From Octopus vulgaris (Eukaryota), in NCBI GenBank assembly GCA_951406725.2, contig OX597817.1, positions 115,382,001-115,446,000 on the forward strand: 64,000 nt of DNA, written 5' to 3'. The position numbers and the translations under genes are program-made. The notes beneath the pieces were generated by a model that saw only the letters and a program-made list of their open reading frames with translations, searched no databases and was not told where the DNA came from. Below, piece by piece: positions 14,578 to 28,877 of this stretch; the first letter of the stretch is position 1, and each line of letters starts with the position of its first letter.

Positions 14578-15072
14578 GAATTGATATTTAGAAAGCACAA
14601 AGTGTGGCAGGTAACGCTAAGTAAGTGCTATTCTAAACATACACATCTCGCCTCCCCACCATCTATCCACAAATACTACCGATACATTCTCAAATTTTCC
14701 TTCACACCACAAGACACTTTCGAATGAGCAACACAGAATACAGGGCTCCATATTTTATATAAACATGAACTACTATTGGAACTTACATACCATGTACAGG
14801 GAACGTTTTACCACTTCTATACATCACATTCCTCGAATAATGGAACTACAACTATAATATCTTTCTATATCTTATATTTTTACTTTCATTGACTTATTTC
14901 CCTCTGTATTACTTATCTCCTCGTTTTCCCAAATAATTCCTCATTTCGAGCTCAAATATTTACCTCTATTTAACCATCTCACATCATCACTGATGAAAGG
15001 ATATCCATAATATCCTAGAAACAGGATAGAGTGTATATATACACTCTCTCATGAAAAGTGTAGAAGTGGCTA
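13884..15072 (+). mobile_element. Non-coding element bounded by an exact 33-bp direct repeat, with a hammerhead-like motif near its 3' end
   Basis: TACACTCTCTCATGAAAAGTGTAGAAGTGGCTA occurs at 13884-13916 and 15040-15072; CTGATGA-stem-GAAAC at 14990-15022; internal TA tract 14390-14573. Confidence 0.55.
14983..15024 (+). ncRNA. Hammerhead ribozyme motif, 3'-disrupted
   Basis: CTGATGA-a-AGGATAT-ccata-ATATCCT-a-GAAAC-ag. Stem III and the cleavage triplet are replaced by a 20-bp palindrome at 15028-15047. Confidence 0.65.
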
Positions 15073-15459
15073 TATATATAGGAGAGGAAACATTATAAAA
15101 AGCAGAATGCTACATGGAAAATTTTTAAAAATTATAAAGGGGAAAAGAAATTTGTTTTTTAAATTGAGAAAGGGGAAAAAAGAAATTTACAATATATTTT
15201 TCAAAAAAATAATAATAAACATATACAAAAATTAAAAAATAAGTATACCGCTACATTCTTTATGTTTGTTTAGTTCAATAATTGTCCTTGGAAAAATTTC
15301 TTTGGAGGATTAAGATCCATGTGATTAAACGTAGTGCTTAGATAAAAGTGTTTCGTAAAAGAGTGTCAAAACAGGAAATGGGGTAGGAGCTATCCTGTTC
15401 CTGTGAGTAAAGGGAGACAACTCTGTGGATGTTATGCTCTTCAATGGGGATGATGGACT

Positions 15460-16280
15460 CTTTGTCAAACAGGATGCTTATATTAATTTTTTGACGGATA
15501 GGATGTTAGAAAAAAGAGTATGGTCATCGTGGAGTTTGCATATTAAGATGCGTTTGGAATTTTTCAAAAAAAGATTCTCTTTGTTGATTCTTTCTCGTGT
15601 AGTGATTTCGTCTTTATATTGGTAGAAGGGGAATATGTGAAATTTAGGATTTTTGTCTCTAGCGCACGAGCTATGTGACTACATAGTGGAATTTGACGGT
15701 ATTCTGGGATACTTTTCTGTTCGTTATGGACCGCTACTCTTCTACGTAAAGGAAGGCTCGTTTGTCCAACATAATTGTGTTGGGAACCGGCGCATGTGAG
15801 AACGTAGATGAGGTTCTCAGAGGAACAGGAGAAGTTGGTCTTGATTTTAAACTTCGTTCCTTGTTTGAAAGTAAATTCAGAACCTTCAAGTAGGAAGGGG
15901 CAGGTACCACAATTAAGGCGTGCACATTTTTAACTGATAGGGATGGATGTGGTGTGTGAAGTTTGGCATTTGTCAAGAGTTTTTCAAAGATTTATGTTGC
16001 CTTTTACATTTGAGGATTTTATGTGTATTGATAATATTATTTATTTTGGGTCTGTGGACAGTAAGGGGAGGTTTTGTATGGTCGTGGTGTATGCTTCGAT
16101 ATTTTGGGGGTTGTGGGTGTAAATGTATGGGAGTATTTTGTTGCTGTGTTGGGTAGTTTTCAGAGTATTATTGTCTAGTCTTTGGCACGATTTATTCCAT
16201 ACTCTATGAGAGTGGAGGGATATTGGCGTTATAATAGTGTTTTTTCGAGGTCTTGAAGGCGTATTGATATTTAGTCAACT
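15460..16280 (-). pseudogene. Penelope-like element (Neptune-like) fragment: Cys-rich linker + GIY-YIG endonuclease, frameshifted
   Basis: The minus strand reads CARLNCGTCPFLLEGSEFTFKQGTKFKIKTNFSCSSENLIYVLTCAGSQHNYVGQTSLPLRRR, clearly homologous to the ORF at 33521-34348. Confidence 0.85.
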
Positions 16281-16491
16281 ATATTATAGAGTGATATATT
16301 AAATCTATAGATACTACACATATATATTAATTATATAGCTAGCTTATTTAATGAGTTTGTCTATATTTGAACCATTTCTTATTTTGATTACAATATTAAT
16401 GACTTGTACTAGCATTGTGTATATTAATTAATTTTAAAGTATTGAATATTTAAGTAACGTTTTTAGTTTTCATTTAATGTATATTTAGTAT

Positions 16492-16574
<83 letters not shown>

Positions 16575-16804
16575 TGAAGACTGGAGAATTTCTTGTAGGA
16601 AATTTCTTGCATGCTTATCCAACCTGTACAACTTTTGTAATTCTTATTATGATATGAAGCAGGTCTAATGGTGAATAAATAATACCAAACAAAGTTTCCA
16701 GATTCCTGTTTTAGTGTGTGTGTGTGTGTGTTGATATACACTTCAGTAATGTAACTATGCACGTGCTGTTTTCGATTTCTATTTTTCTTTTGACTTTCCC
16801 CTAT

Positions 16805-16845
16805 TTCCTTTCCGACAAAGAGCTATGCTCGAAACGAGAAAAACT
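16805..16845 (+). ncRNA. Decayed minimal hammerhead motif in a short microsatellite-associated element
   Basis: TTT-CCGACAA-a-GAGC-tat-GCTC-GAAAC-GAG-AAAA. The core deviates from CTGANGA; same architecture as 46877-46912. Confidence 0.4.
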
Positions 16846-19043
16846 CTCTCTTTTTACTGAGCGTCAAAGTAATAATTCTTTGTGCATGTCCTCTTGTTGT
16901 CAGTTAATTCTATAATTCATGTATTTGAATTGACTACACACACGCACGCACACACTCACAGATACGCTCATGCATATTGTGTGTCTATTACTCAGTCGGT
17001 GCGTGTTATGAATAACGGGAAACCTCACACTTTTGGCTGAGAAATGATACCATGAAGTCCCTCCATTGGTAGCAGTCCAAATCTTTGCCAGCATTGTGTA
17101 AAATCTAAAATGTGATGATAGTTGTCAACGATTCCTACGGTGATTAACTGTTTAAATTTTTCCTCTGACCTCTTCCAGTACTATAGAAATTGAAACTCGG
17201 CCATCTTACTGTGCGAATAGAGATTACAAAGCAATCCTTCTTAATACACGGGTATAAATTAATCATAAATTGTTTATGAAATTAACTTTTTTGCAATATT
17301 CTAAAACCACTTGTTTAATAAATATATATAATGTTATTCCATATTATGAATAACATTCGTCTGTATTTGTAATGTGTATTTATGGGAAACACTGTTTTAT
17401 TGCCGAATATTTTTGTGTTATTTGGGAGAATTATTGGTTATATCTAAATATTTATTGTATTTTGTAAGTTCATATGTTTTCCTATCATTTATATTTACTG
17501 TGCACAGATTGCTTACTGAAAAGAAGATAATATTTGGCAAACAGTCAGTACATGATATGCGATATACGTACTGATTAAAAATTTAATTTTATACCATTTG
17601 TTTAAAAAATTACCTACTATTTATAAACATATTTGTACAAGAACAACGAATGAAATAATGTGTAAATCATTTTAAAGATGATGTGTATATAAGAGAATAA
17701 TATTGAATCACAAATATTTTTCAATCCTAAAGCGTATTATATATACAGAATATATTAATTTGAAGATATTTTCGGTAAGTATTCATATGTAATTATATTT
17801 GTAGAAATATTTCTTAAATAATCAATCTGCGCACATACTTCCAACGAATGCCGACATTTAGAAAATATTTTCAATTTATATGAAATCTTATACTAAATTA
17901 TTTAGATAGCGTATTATCAGTTATTATCATATTAATTACTTAAATTTCACGTAGAAACATATTTATAAAAACAGGGTAATCTCAGATACCTATTTGTTTC
18001 AGTAGTATTTTAATCGGAACTTAACTATACATCATTGCAGTTAACGATTTCACAGGATCTTCTATGTAAAGTTGATGATCAAAACTCTGGTCAGATAGAA
18101 TGGTTAGACTGATTGAGCACATTTGGGACTTCAGTATAAGGTTGAACAGTGGACAATACTTTCAGATGTTTTCTCTAATCCGTATCTGTAATTCAGCTCA
18201 TCGCTTGCAGTTAGTTAAATAGGCACCATTTACATGGAATGTTGTATATCTAAATTACATCTCTAACTTATTAATCGTATTTGTATATTATGTCGATTGG
18301 TCCTTCTACAGACATTTAAATGCGTTGTTCATTTACACTGTGCAAAGAAATTATCAATAGATATGTTAATAAAACAGTTGCTATATTTACCTGCAATCTT
18401 GTAAAAACATATATTTCTCTATAAGACAAAAACTTCCAAACTCACTTTCCTAGAAGAAGTTGCATTCCAGCCATCTGTTCATGGCATATCACGTATTCAT
18501 CGTGACAGGAAGATGAAAATAAATTAGCATTGAATGAAACGCCGATTTTGAAGAGTTTCTGCTTATTTAAACAAAACGATGCACTCTAAGGTATCTAAAT
18601 AGAATTCCACTCTAATGATAATTGAGAAATGATAATCTAGAAAATGATGCAAGACTTGAGAAATTCTGAATTAGGAGCGTTCTCCCATATATGACGCTTG
18701 ATAAACCGTCATCTAAAAATATGTAAATTAAAGTTTGTTTCGCCTGAAATTTCATTTCCAGCGAAATATTATATTCTAACTTATGAAATATATCTACGTT
18801 TCTTTGTTGGGGTGCCTGTATATGCATATATGCATGTCTATAGGTGTACAAACGAGAGAATGGAGCACCCGATTTACGCGCAGGAGTATATTATTGCAGA
18901 CATACACGCGTGCATACAGTTTCGATCATGGTTATGATTTGCAAGCTAGTTTAAGAATGACAATATTACGTTTAAGAATACCAATACCATGTTTAAAATG
19001 ACACACATAGTTTATATATCTGCTACATTTTTCTCGATATCGG

Positions 19044-19044
<1 letters not shown>

Positions 19045-19101
<57 letters not shown>

Positions 19102-19115
19102 CATACGTATATGTG

Positions 19116-19146
<31 letters not shown>

Positions 19147-19413
19147 GTTTATATATGTATATACACATATATATATATGGTTATGTATGTATATGTATGT
19201 ATATATATATATGTATATATGTATATATATCTATGTATATATATGTATGTATATATATGTGGATATATATATGTATGTATATGTATGTATATATATATGT
19301 ATATATATATGTATATATATGTATATATATATATACATATATGTATATATCTATATATATGTATACACATGTACATATATATGTGTGTGTGTACATATAT
19401 ATATATATGTACA

Positions 19414-19450
<37 letters not shown>

Positions 19451-19485
19451 GTACAAATATACATATAGATTATATATTACACTTA

Positions 19486-19530
<45 letters not shown>
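19045..19530. repeat. Long compound (TA)/(TG)/(TATG) microsatellite
   Basis: Direct reading. Similar tracts at 14390-14573, 31710-31985, 34450-34585, 35770-35950 and 57820-57980. Confidence 0.95.
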
Positions 19531-19531
<1 letters not shown>

Positions 19532-21429
19532 TGTATTCAAAATAACTAGTGATTTCATTAAATGTTTTAACTGCTAGGTTCCGTTTCTTTTAATAAACGC
19601 AGTTTTCTCTAAAATAGTAAATTAGTTCCAAATTTATTTAATTAGGTAAATCGGTTTTGAACTTCCCTCACATGAAATATTGTTCATTATATCAGACTTT
19701 GTCGAGATAAAATACACTTACACATTGAATATCATGCACACACGGAGTAGAATGCTTATAGAAAGACGTGTATCTATTATCTTTCCTAAACTAAAATTCC
19801 AATATCAGTTACAAGATTAAAAATGATCGAATGCCTGTGGCATTTATCTTTACAGCCAGTTAACAAAGCTTCAGTGAATGCTGACTAATATAATTCGAGG
19901 TCTTATCTATCATCTGGAAACATGATAGTCACTTATTGAAGTTAATCCTTGTAATTAAATATTGCAGATACAAAAGTAGAATTTTGGTCATTGGCCAAAG
20001 AATCTGTTGAACTTTCCAACTCTAAAGTCAATCAATTAACGTATCTGAGATATGGTTACTTTTGAAAGATGTGAAGTTATTCCACAAAATTGTTAATAAG
20101 TAAATAACGGGAAATTGTAAAATATATTATGTAATAATATTGAATATCTGAAAATGTAGTTTTTTCAGTGTTTAGTGTCTTTACTATGAACACTCCACAA
20201 GGTTTGAAATACAACACACTTTTTACGTGTCTTAGCTTTAATTCCGTGAATAGTTTAAATATGATACTTAAAGAATGAAGTAAAAGAAAACATTTCAGAG
20301 AACCAATGACTATATATTTGAAATCTTAATCTGCCTTGTGAATAAAGTAGCCCGCAATAAAAAAGAAGTTATATCATCATGTGAGAGTTATAAATTGATA
20401 AGGGATACCCTATAGCAAATATTTACCTCAGGAATAACGTTATTAAGTGAATGTATTGTAATATCATATCAGTTATATTTAAAAGGGATAGTTACATTTT
20501 CAATATAACAACTGCAACTAGCGAACGTCGCGTGCGACTATATTTCAAAAGTGTTGAACTACTTCATAAAATTTAATTTCATATATACAAACTTGTAGAA
20601 GACAAGTCTTATGATAAAAGACTGTAACATTTAAAAAATCAGCGCACGTTATTAGTTTGAATGCTCATTGCTTCTTGGGCAAGTCATTTAACCCTCCGCA
20701 ATTAACAAAAAATTCTAAGCGTATAATCACCGGTGACAATATACAACAGTAATAGGTTCTCTCGAACCTAAACCACAATTCTATTTTGATGCATTCATTT
20801 CAATTTAAAATTTTAATTTCATTAAGATAAACAGGAACTACATGACTAATATCTCTTCGTCTATTTAAATATCAGGAGAAATACGTCCAAATATGAAACC
20901 GATATTGAATCAGACTACATAATATAACGTAAGGAACTGATGGATGATTTGTTGAGAACGGAAACCACTTCAAAATAATTTTGTTGCGTAAAAATTCACA
21001 TACAAATTTTCAGTTGTGCTCCTACAGTAATGTAGCTAATAGATCTGCTGTCAAGTAGAACATGTACTGATTCAAAGGAAAGAAACTTTATGGCTCCAAT
21101 CTGTTTAATTGTTTCCAAGAACAAGGCACACAAAAGGCAGTAGCATTCTACTAATATAATTTAGATACTGATAAATTCCAACCAGCTCTTTTAAGGAAAA
21201 TGTCATCCCTGCCCACCGCTCAGGGTCTAATCTCACAGTCTGTCAGCTCCTCCTGCTGGTATCTAACACCAAATCATACAAACTGCATTCTGTACAATGG
21301 CCATCAGATATCATAACTTACACAAACCACACAGTTCACATAGCAGTACCCTATACAACCAATTATAACACGTGATGCAAATCCAAACACCGCACACGAA
21401 ACGTAATCTTCTCCCAACAAAATAATTCA

Positions 21430-22605
21430 TATAACTGGCAAATACGTTATTTACATTTGACGGATATTTGTTTTCACCTTCATCGCCTGTCTTGAGGAAA
21501 TTTCGAACCTGGGTTCTCATTCCTAAGGTATTTTTCGATGTTACTATTATTATGATTCTGATCACTGCTTGGAATCGAACTCTGAACCACTACGCCATAT
21601 GCTCGTGGACAATTATGGAGTGAATTGTAGGACTTATAAAGTTAATATTTTTCTATCCTTCCTTAATACTGGTTCCCATATGCTATTCATATCTGCACTC
21701 ATTCTGCTTAGGAGGTTGTTGTGTCCTATGCTGCTTCTTTCAGATTTCGTATTTTCCAGTGGTGTTCTCTGTCTATTATTTTAACTTCATCCTACAGGGG
21801 GAGGTGGTCTTCCTTTTTCCATACATGTTCAGCTATACCTGAGTTATCAATATCTCCTCGTGTCAAAGCTTTGCTATGTTCTTCTATCCTTATTTTGAGC
21901 GGGCGACATGTTCCGCCTTTATATAACCTACCACAGCTGCATGGAATAGAGTACACGCAGTTCTTATTCATATTCTTTTCTATTAGTGGTTTTACTCGAA
22001 GGAGATATTTGCGAGGTGTTATATTACTCTTGAATACGGTTATGATGTCATATGGGCCATATATCTTTTGTATCTTTTCGGAGAGGCCTTTCACATAGGA
22101 TAGACAGACTGTGGACAGTTTATTGGTTTTATCTTCTCTTTGCTTCATAATTGGAGTGGATAGTATGTTTTGTGGGTAGTTGTTAATAAATTGTTATTGA
22201 GCTTGATCATTTCTTCGTTATGTGTATCACAATTGCTACTTATATTCTTTGCCCGATGTTTTAGGTACTGAGTAATCCCTCTCTTTACAGTGTATGGATG
22301 GTGGGAATTGAAGTTGAGGCATCGTCCAGTGAAGGTCGGCTTGTGGTATACGGATGTCCTGAATCCATACTTGGTGCGTATTATTAATACATCCAGGAAT
22401 GCTAGCTGATTGTCTTTTTCCTGTATGGATGGCTTCATTGAGTTCACATGATCTAAAAATACTTGGACATCGTCCTGGTGGGGCCAGAGTATAAAGGTGT
22501 CATCTACATATCGCAGCCATAGGGTTGGTTTTAATGGTGTTGAACCTAAAGCCAAATTTTCAAAGTATTCCAATATAGAACTGGCAAATTGTTCACACAT
22601 CAAAG
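21430..22605 (-). mobile_element. Penelope-like element (Penelope/Poseidon-like), 5'-truncated, with degenerate RT + GIY-YIG
   Basis: RT: WLRYVDDTFILW, LAFLDVLI, VYHKPTFT, FNSHHP (22145-22603). Linker/EN: LSYVKGLSEKI, NCVYSIPCSCGRLYKGGTCRPLKIRIEEH, SGIAEHVW (21792-22148). Confidence 0.9.
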
Positions 22606-22801
22606 AGACGTAACGCTAATGTGACATCAGAAATAGAAACAGAATAAACTTAAAGTAAAACTAATGACATCAAATAAACACAGTTCTACTCTTCCGAAAT
22701 ATATTCCACGCGTTCGTGTTCTGTCGGGGTACAAGAAGCTCATATAAAACATTTGGAACACAATGATAAAAATAGTATTGTAATAATGATGATATTGTGC
22801 A

Positions 22802-23050
22802 GACGCGTGGCTTATTGCTTAGGAGTACTAGACTCATGATCGTAAGATGTTTCGATTCCTGGACCAGGTGTCGCGGTTGTTTTGTTTCTTTTTAAGCAAA
22901 ATATTTCATTTCAGGTTGCTCAATTCCCTTTGCTGGCAAAAATAAGTAATCCTAGGATCTCCGCTGTTTCATCCAGGGGTGAAAATATGCGTCTTGGAAA
23001 TCGGAAAACCGGCCCTATGAGACTATATGACTCGGGAAGTACCTTTATAC
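22802..23050 (+). mobile_element. SINE family C copy
   Basis: GACGCGTGGCTTATTGCTTAGG...TTCGATTCCTGGACC, homologous to 8531. Confidence 0.7.
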
Positions 23051-23059
23051 TTAAAGCAC

Positions 23060-23260
23060 TGAGCTGGTCGAATCGTTAGCACACCGGGAAAAATACTTAG
23101 CGGCATTTCGTCCGTCTTTACACTTTGAGTTCAAATTCCACAAGGAAACGTTTACCTTTCAAGGTCAATAAAATAAGTTCTAGTTAACCACTAGGGTTTA
23201 ATGTGATAGACTTACACCCAACTCCGAAACTGCTGGCCTTGAGGCAAAATTTGAAATCAA
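23060..23260 (+). mobile_element. SINE family A copy directly following the family C copy
   Basis: GAGCTGGTCGAATCGTTAGCACACCGGG...GAGTTCAAATTCC...GGCCTTGAGGCAAAATTTGAAA. Confidence 0.75.
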
Positions 23261-25399
23261 TAATTATGATACTAACCATCTCCTCACGAAAGACTGTTGA
23301 AATATTTTAGTTCTTATGTTTTGAACCAATCATATATTTGAGATGAACGTATTCGCTTTTCTCAGTAGTAAACATCTCCACATATATGGAAAAATAGCAA
23401 GGGGCAGACAAATATATATAAAAAAAGGTTAAAGCAAAATGAAATAAATACCAAAACGAAGAATCCACAACTAGCGTCTTAGTCAGCAGTGAATGTTTTA
23501 TAACTCGATTTTGTTAAAGAGGAAATAGATACTTATGGCGTCAATGGTTTCGCAGATCTTTTAATATAAGTGAAGACTATCACATTTTCTGCTTGTTCAA
23601 TAATAGTATAAGGATGTTACATTTTATATTGAAGGCCTAATTATAAATTGTAAGTATTGCTTCAGTAAGTACATAAGATTAATTGAATCTGATAAATATA
23701 TTTCTATCAAGTTTGCATGCTGGATTTCTCTCCATATGCTCTGTTATGTTTCATGAGAAATACATAAGCTTTAGAAAGTAATAATGAATATTTACAAGGT
23801 TACAAAGCATAATAGCAGTAGAGTGATACATATCTGTTTTAAGTAGGTACAACAACGGATATATACGTCCTAGTGGATGCATTTCTTTTGTTTTGCATCA
23901 GTTTATAGCAATTAAAATTAAATGCTCACTGTATTATACTTAGTCCAAACTTCGTTCTATCCCTACATAACAGAAGGAACATTTTTTGCATGAGAATGAA
24001 AAATATACAACGCCTGTATTTAGTTATGCCATGGAAAAACCTCACTATATGTTTCTGCTTTCTTTTATTCCAATCAGTACACAACGAATTCTATTGTCAT
24101 TGACAAGTATTTATCATATCCTTCGAGAAAACTAATAATGATTCCAGCAATTCCAAGCTTAAGTCAATTACATCGAGCCTCAAGTATTCACTTGATAATT
24201 ATTTTTTGCACCCGGTAGAATTTGAACTCAGAACGTAAAGACAACGAAACATCAGCTAAGCATTTCGTGCGGGATGCTAACGTTTCTGTCAATAGGGATC
24301 CTTTTGTTAATAGAGACCTTCCACATCCCTTGGTAATATTTGATCAACTTTTTCCTGTACGGTATAGACAGACGAGTGGAATATATATGCATTTAATATA
24401 TGAGGCTTACATTATTGCTTTCAGAATAAATTGTCACCTTATTATATCGTAATAAATTTAAAATAATTTCTACAGTTCACAAAAGCAATGAAATCAGCTA
24501 CCGAAAATTGGAGGAGAATTTTATATATTTTTACCACACATCTCAAATACATTTAAAATATTTATTGTTCTCATTTATCATATTTTTTGTTCACAATATT
24601 GTTCTTGACATATAAAATTGTTTAATAATTAATTAGAATTCATCGTATCTTAAATGTTTAATGGCTAATCATATCACCTATATAAATATATAAAAATCGT
24701 ATTGTCAATAGAAATAATATAAAAAATTAAAAATTCCATCTAAGTGATACAGAGTATTCGAAATCTGAGCTTTATACGTTTCTATGTTCGTGTATAGAAG
24801 CACGTTGTTAAAGGATTGTTAATAAAATAAAAGGCTATCACAAACATTCTACAGAGGATATTATATCTACGTTTTACTATTCTTGAAAGATTAGAATACT
24901 TCCGTTAAAATATTCAACTTCTATTCAGTATTATGTAGATTATTCTCTTTCAAGAATGCCCAGTCTGAAGAAATATAGATTTAATGCTTATTACTTAAAT
25001 ATTTGCTTCGTTGAAGTAATTGTTTCCTTATTTGGTCTAAACATAAATCTGTTAATTTAAAACGAATCATTTTACAAGTAATTGAAATCACAAAGTTCAG
25101 ACATAATAGACAAATCTAAGGTGTTCATATCGTCTTTCTCTCGGTGCGAATAAATAAATAATCGAAAATTGAAATACCATGTTATTTATGAGCAGCCGGT
25201 TTTGGAGATAATTATCTTACTGACTTTACATTCCACGAAGATGGCAGTAAATTTTGTTTCATAATATTTAACATTTAATTATTAAAACAAATTTTGGAAC
25301 GAATACTACTTCAGTTGTACCATATCTGTCACCTGGTGCAAAAAAAGAGAGGAAAGTGTCGAATGCGATTCTTCATAGCTAAAGCTTGATTGTTACCTT

Positions 25400-25574
25400 T
25401 TATTTGTTTCAGTTATTAGACTGCGGACATACTGGGGCACCGCCTGGATCTGGTATATATTCTGTCCGTTTCTTTTGTCGAACTTCTATTCTACGGCACC
25501 GTAAACATGCCAACAACACTTATAAAATGATGGAGGGTAAAAGCGCAGAAACACACACACACACACACACATAC

Positions 25575-25606
<32 letters not shown>

Positions 25607-25765
25607 GCACGCATATATACACGACAGATTTCTTTCAGTTTACGGTGGCCACGAAATCTACTCACAACGCTTCGGTCGGCCCGAGGCTATAGTAGAAGAC
25701 ATTTGCCCAAGGTGTTACAGAGAACCCAGAAACATGTAGTTGAGAAGTATACTTCTTACCACTCA
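25400..25765 (-). mobile_element. SINE family B copy
   Basis: The reverse complement has TTGGGCAAATGTCTTCTACTATAGCCTCGGGCCGACC, an internal (TG)n and the tail AGGCGGTGCCCCAGTATGTCCGCAGTCTAATAACTGAAAC. Confidence 0.8.
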
Positions 25766-26080
25766 GTCTGAACTAAACACAATAAAACTGACCGTATAGT
25801 TTTTTAATTAGATTCTTTTGTAAAATATGTTTGAAGATTTAGTTGCCTATTACAAGATTATCGAAATTTTGAGAGGTGCCTTGGAAAGCTGGGGTTTAGA
25901 GGAACACTAAAGTATATTTAAATACAATATCTAAATACAATTATTATCATCCATCATATTCGAATTTGCATCAGTGTTATGTTTAGTTCATTACTAGTGC
26001 ATTCGTATTCTATAATACGAAAAAGAATGAATATTAAATATGAGATGATGAAAAGCAGAAAATAATTAGCAATTGTAAAC

Positions 26081-27256
26081 TATTAGCTTGGAAAAATGTC
26101 CCGTTGCATTTTTTGAACGATCTCTTTGAGCTAATGCTTTCTATACTGACATTAAAAAAAGCATTAATATCATTCTAATGTCTGTTTTCTTTCTTTGCAG
26201 ATTACTTTATATAACAGTGGTTAAATTCGCATCAATTCTACCTGTGTAAAATGAGTTTATGTGTGACACACACCATGCTGTATGAATGTTAAATGGACTC
26301 TTCAGCAATGGAAGTGACATGTAGTATCCGTTCTGTCAATAAAATTGCACCTTTAATTACAGGGATAAATCAACCATGGTTTGGCCGTTTCTTTCTGGGA
26401 AATTTATCATCCCGGTCTTCTGAAAACCAAACTACACAAGCATTAGCAAAACAATTCAATTCAAGCGCCTTAAAATCATAAAACACATTCACCAACAAAG
26501 ATAAACTTTGTCAGAGGGTCCATCGCCAACTGAATGCTTGTCAGTTTAAGCAAAATGTCATCCTCTTCTCGCCATTCAAGAGTAAATTCGAATCCAAACA
26601 TTTGATGAGTAAAAATCACCACTAGTGACAAAAATGAGTTTTCTATACGGCAAAATTCACGACAGGAATCTCTCAGTGAAGCAAGAGAATCCATCTCCAA
26701 ACCAGAATTACACCCCCAAAATTTATACTCTGCGTTTTGTCGGATACGATGGCTGTCGTCTATGTTGAAGTGTTAACAAAAAAAAACAGGCAATATGGGG
26801 TAATATTCTCCTCAAGTAGAAGGACAAGAAATTGCAGCGAAAGTGTCCGTCATTGATCGGTCGTAAAGAGACGTTACTCATGCAAGATAATGGATGATCA
26901 CACATTGCTCCAGCCATTCTAGAAAAGTTAATGGCACTAAATATGGAAGTTCAACCTCATCTCTCTTACTCTCCTGATCTTCTTCATTTAATATTCATCT
27001 TTGAAACCATTGCAATATTTTGTGGGAAAACATTTCATTAATTGAGAAAAGATCAAAATTATATACAGTATATATATTTCTTTTTGTTTCAAAACCTGGA
27101 GAATATTACGCCCAAGAGATACAAAATTTCCAAAACATACGATAACGTTATCAATAATGAGGGGAAAATACTATCTTAATTAAATATAGCAAGACCAAAG
27201 AAGCATTTGTTTCTTCCCTATCTTGATATGCGACAAGCCTATCTGTCCTACCGAAT
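26081..27256 (+). mobile_element. Highly decayed mariner transposon
   Basis: Remnant motifs ITTSDK (VTGDEK-like), MQDNG..H and VQPHLSYSPDL. Imperfect TIRs TATTAGCTTGGAAAAATGTCCCGTTGCAT versus the reverse complement of ATGCGACAAGCCTATCTGTCCTACCGAATA. Confidence 0.7.
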
Positions 27257-28832
27257 ATATTTCATTTCAATATACTACATGAATTTGGCAATTATTATAA
27301 CTATATTTTTAGAGTAACATGCAGAATCATTAGAAAGTCATACAAAATAAACGCTATGCGTCCCAGCTCTCTACTTTCTGTATTTTTCTAAGTTAAAGTT
27401 TCACCGGGGTCAAATATGCCTTCTAGTATGACGGGTTCAATAAAATAAAGTGCTAGTAAGACACTTGCATCGATGCTATCACTAACATTCTCCACTCAAA
27501 ATTATTCGCCTTATTATAGACATTAAACTGAAAAAAGGGCATCGGAGTGGCATACTATGCACGCAGACAGAGATAAAATAAATTACATCAATAGTTGTAT
27601 CCTCTTCTTATTGTTTATGCATATGTAACAAACAAAAAAGATTTGATTCACTCGTCCGCCAGTTTTAAACATAATCAAACCAAAATAATGAGTTCGCGCC
27701 ACTCACCCAATGAGTATTTCTGGCAAATTTAGTAAAAATCCGTTCAGCCGTTTCCAGTAATTTCGCAAACAAACACACAAAGACGAGCGACTACAATACT
27801 CTGCTTTCGCCTATACGCGTAGGGAATATATATTTAGTATACTCACTTCCGTAAACCTTGTTACTAAAGATAAGAATACTGACATTTAATAGTACATTAA
27901 CAAAAGTGAATAAATTAAAATATCAGTTTGTGTATTTTATTTATTTTGATTGTTGGATGCGCGGGGCTTGAATACCACCTACCATTTTATGGGCTAGGCT
28001 TGAAAGTGAAGTATAAATATTTAGAAATACTTGTATTCTTACTAAAACGTTTAAAACCTATCAAACTCTCAATCAACGAAATGATGATGAACTGAATGTT
28101 GTATCATAAAGATTCTTAATAAATTGAATATAACCTCTTAAATAGAAAATCAATCAGATAAAAGAGAGATCAATTCTAAAAATTCACACGAAACGAAGTT
28201 TACTTCCCATGCTTACGTGTTAAACCTCCCTATATATTTTATTATTCTTCAAAATATTTTGCACGAAGCCAACTATTTTCAAGGAGGAGGACTATATAAT
28301 TTCCACTGAAAATTTTATCCAACCCGAAATGATAACCTGCAAAATTGACCTCGTGTTGAACTCAAGCTGTAAGGAGTGTGAAGAAATATAGCTAAGTATT
28401 TTTGTCCGAATCTCTAATGATTTACCACTTTACTGCTCTTGCATATTTGAAATTTATAACACTCAGTTTTAACTGTCATATATGATTTTCGTAGGACAAA
28501 TCAAAATATGGATGAAAATTCCTGTCTTACGCAAATTTCTTTCATTATAAATAGGTTTTGAAATTTCCTGGTAGTTTATCAATGCAGATTTTCTTTAATT
28601 ATATATTCTAGTGAAAACCACTTATATTTAAAATACATGATTAACTTATATTTTTTAAAATACATGTATGTCTAACATTTTCTTCTGTATATCCTTCTTC
28701 TACAACGTCCAAGCTAATTTCATATTTCATAATGATTCATACTTTGGGTACAATTTGTTTTATGTGGATTATATTGTATCCTTTCCTCTTCATTTCGATA
28801 CATGCATACAAATACTCAAATCTCAACCATAA

Positions 28833-28877
<45 letters not shown>

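Noticed and set aside
27630-27830. Possible Helentron/DINE-like fragment (AAAATCCGTTCAGCCGTTT...)
   Set aside because: Resemblance from memory only; termini could not be defined.
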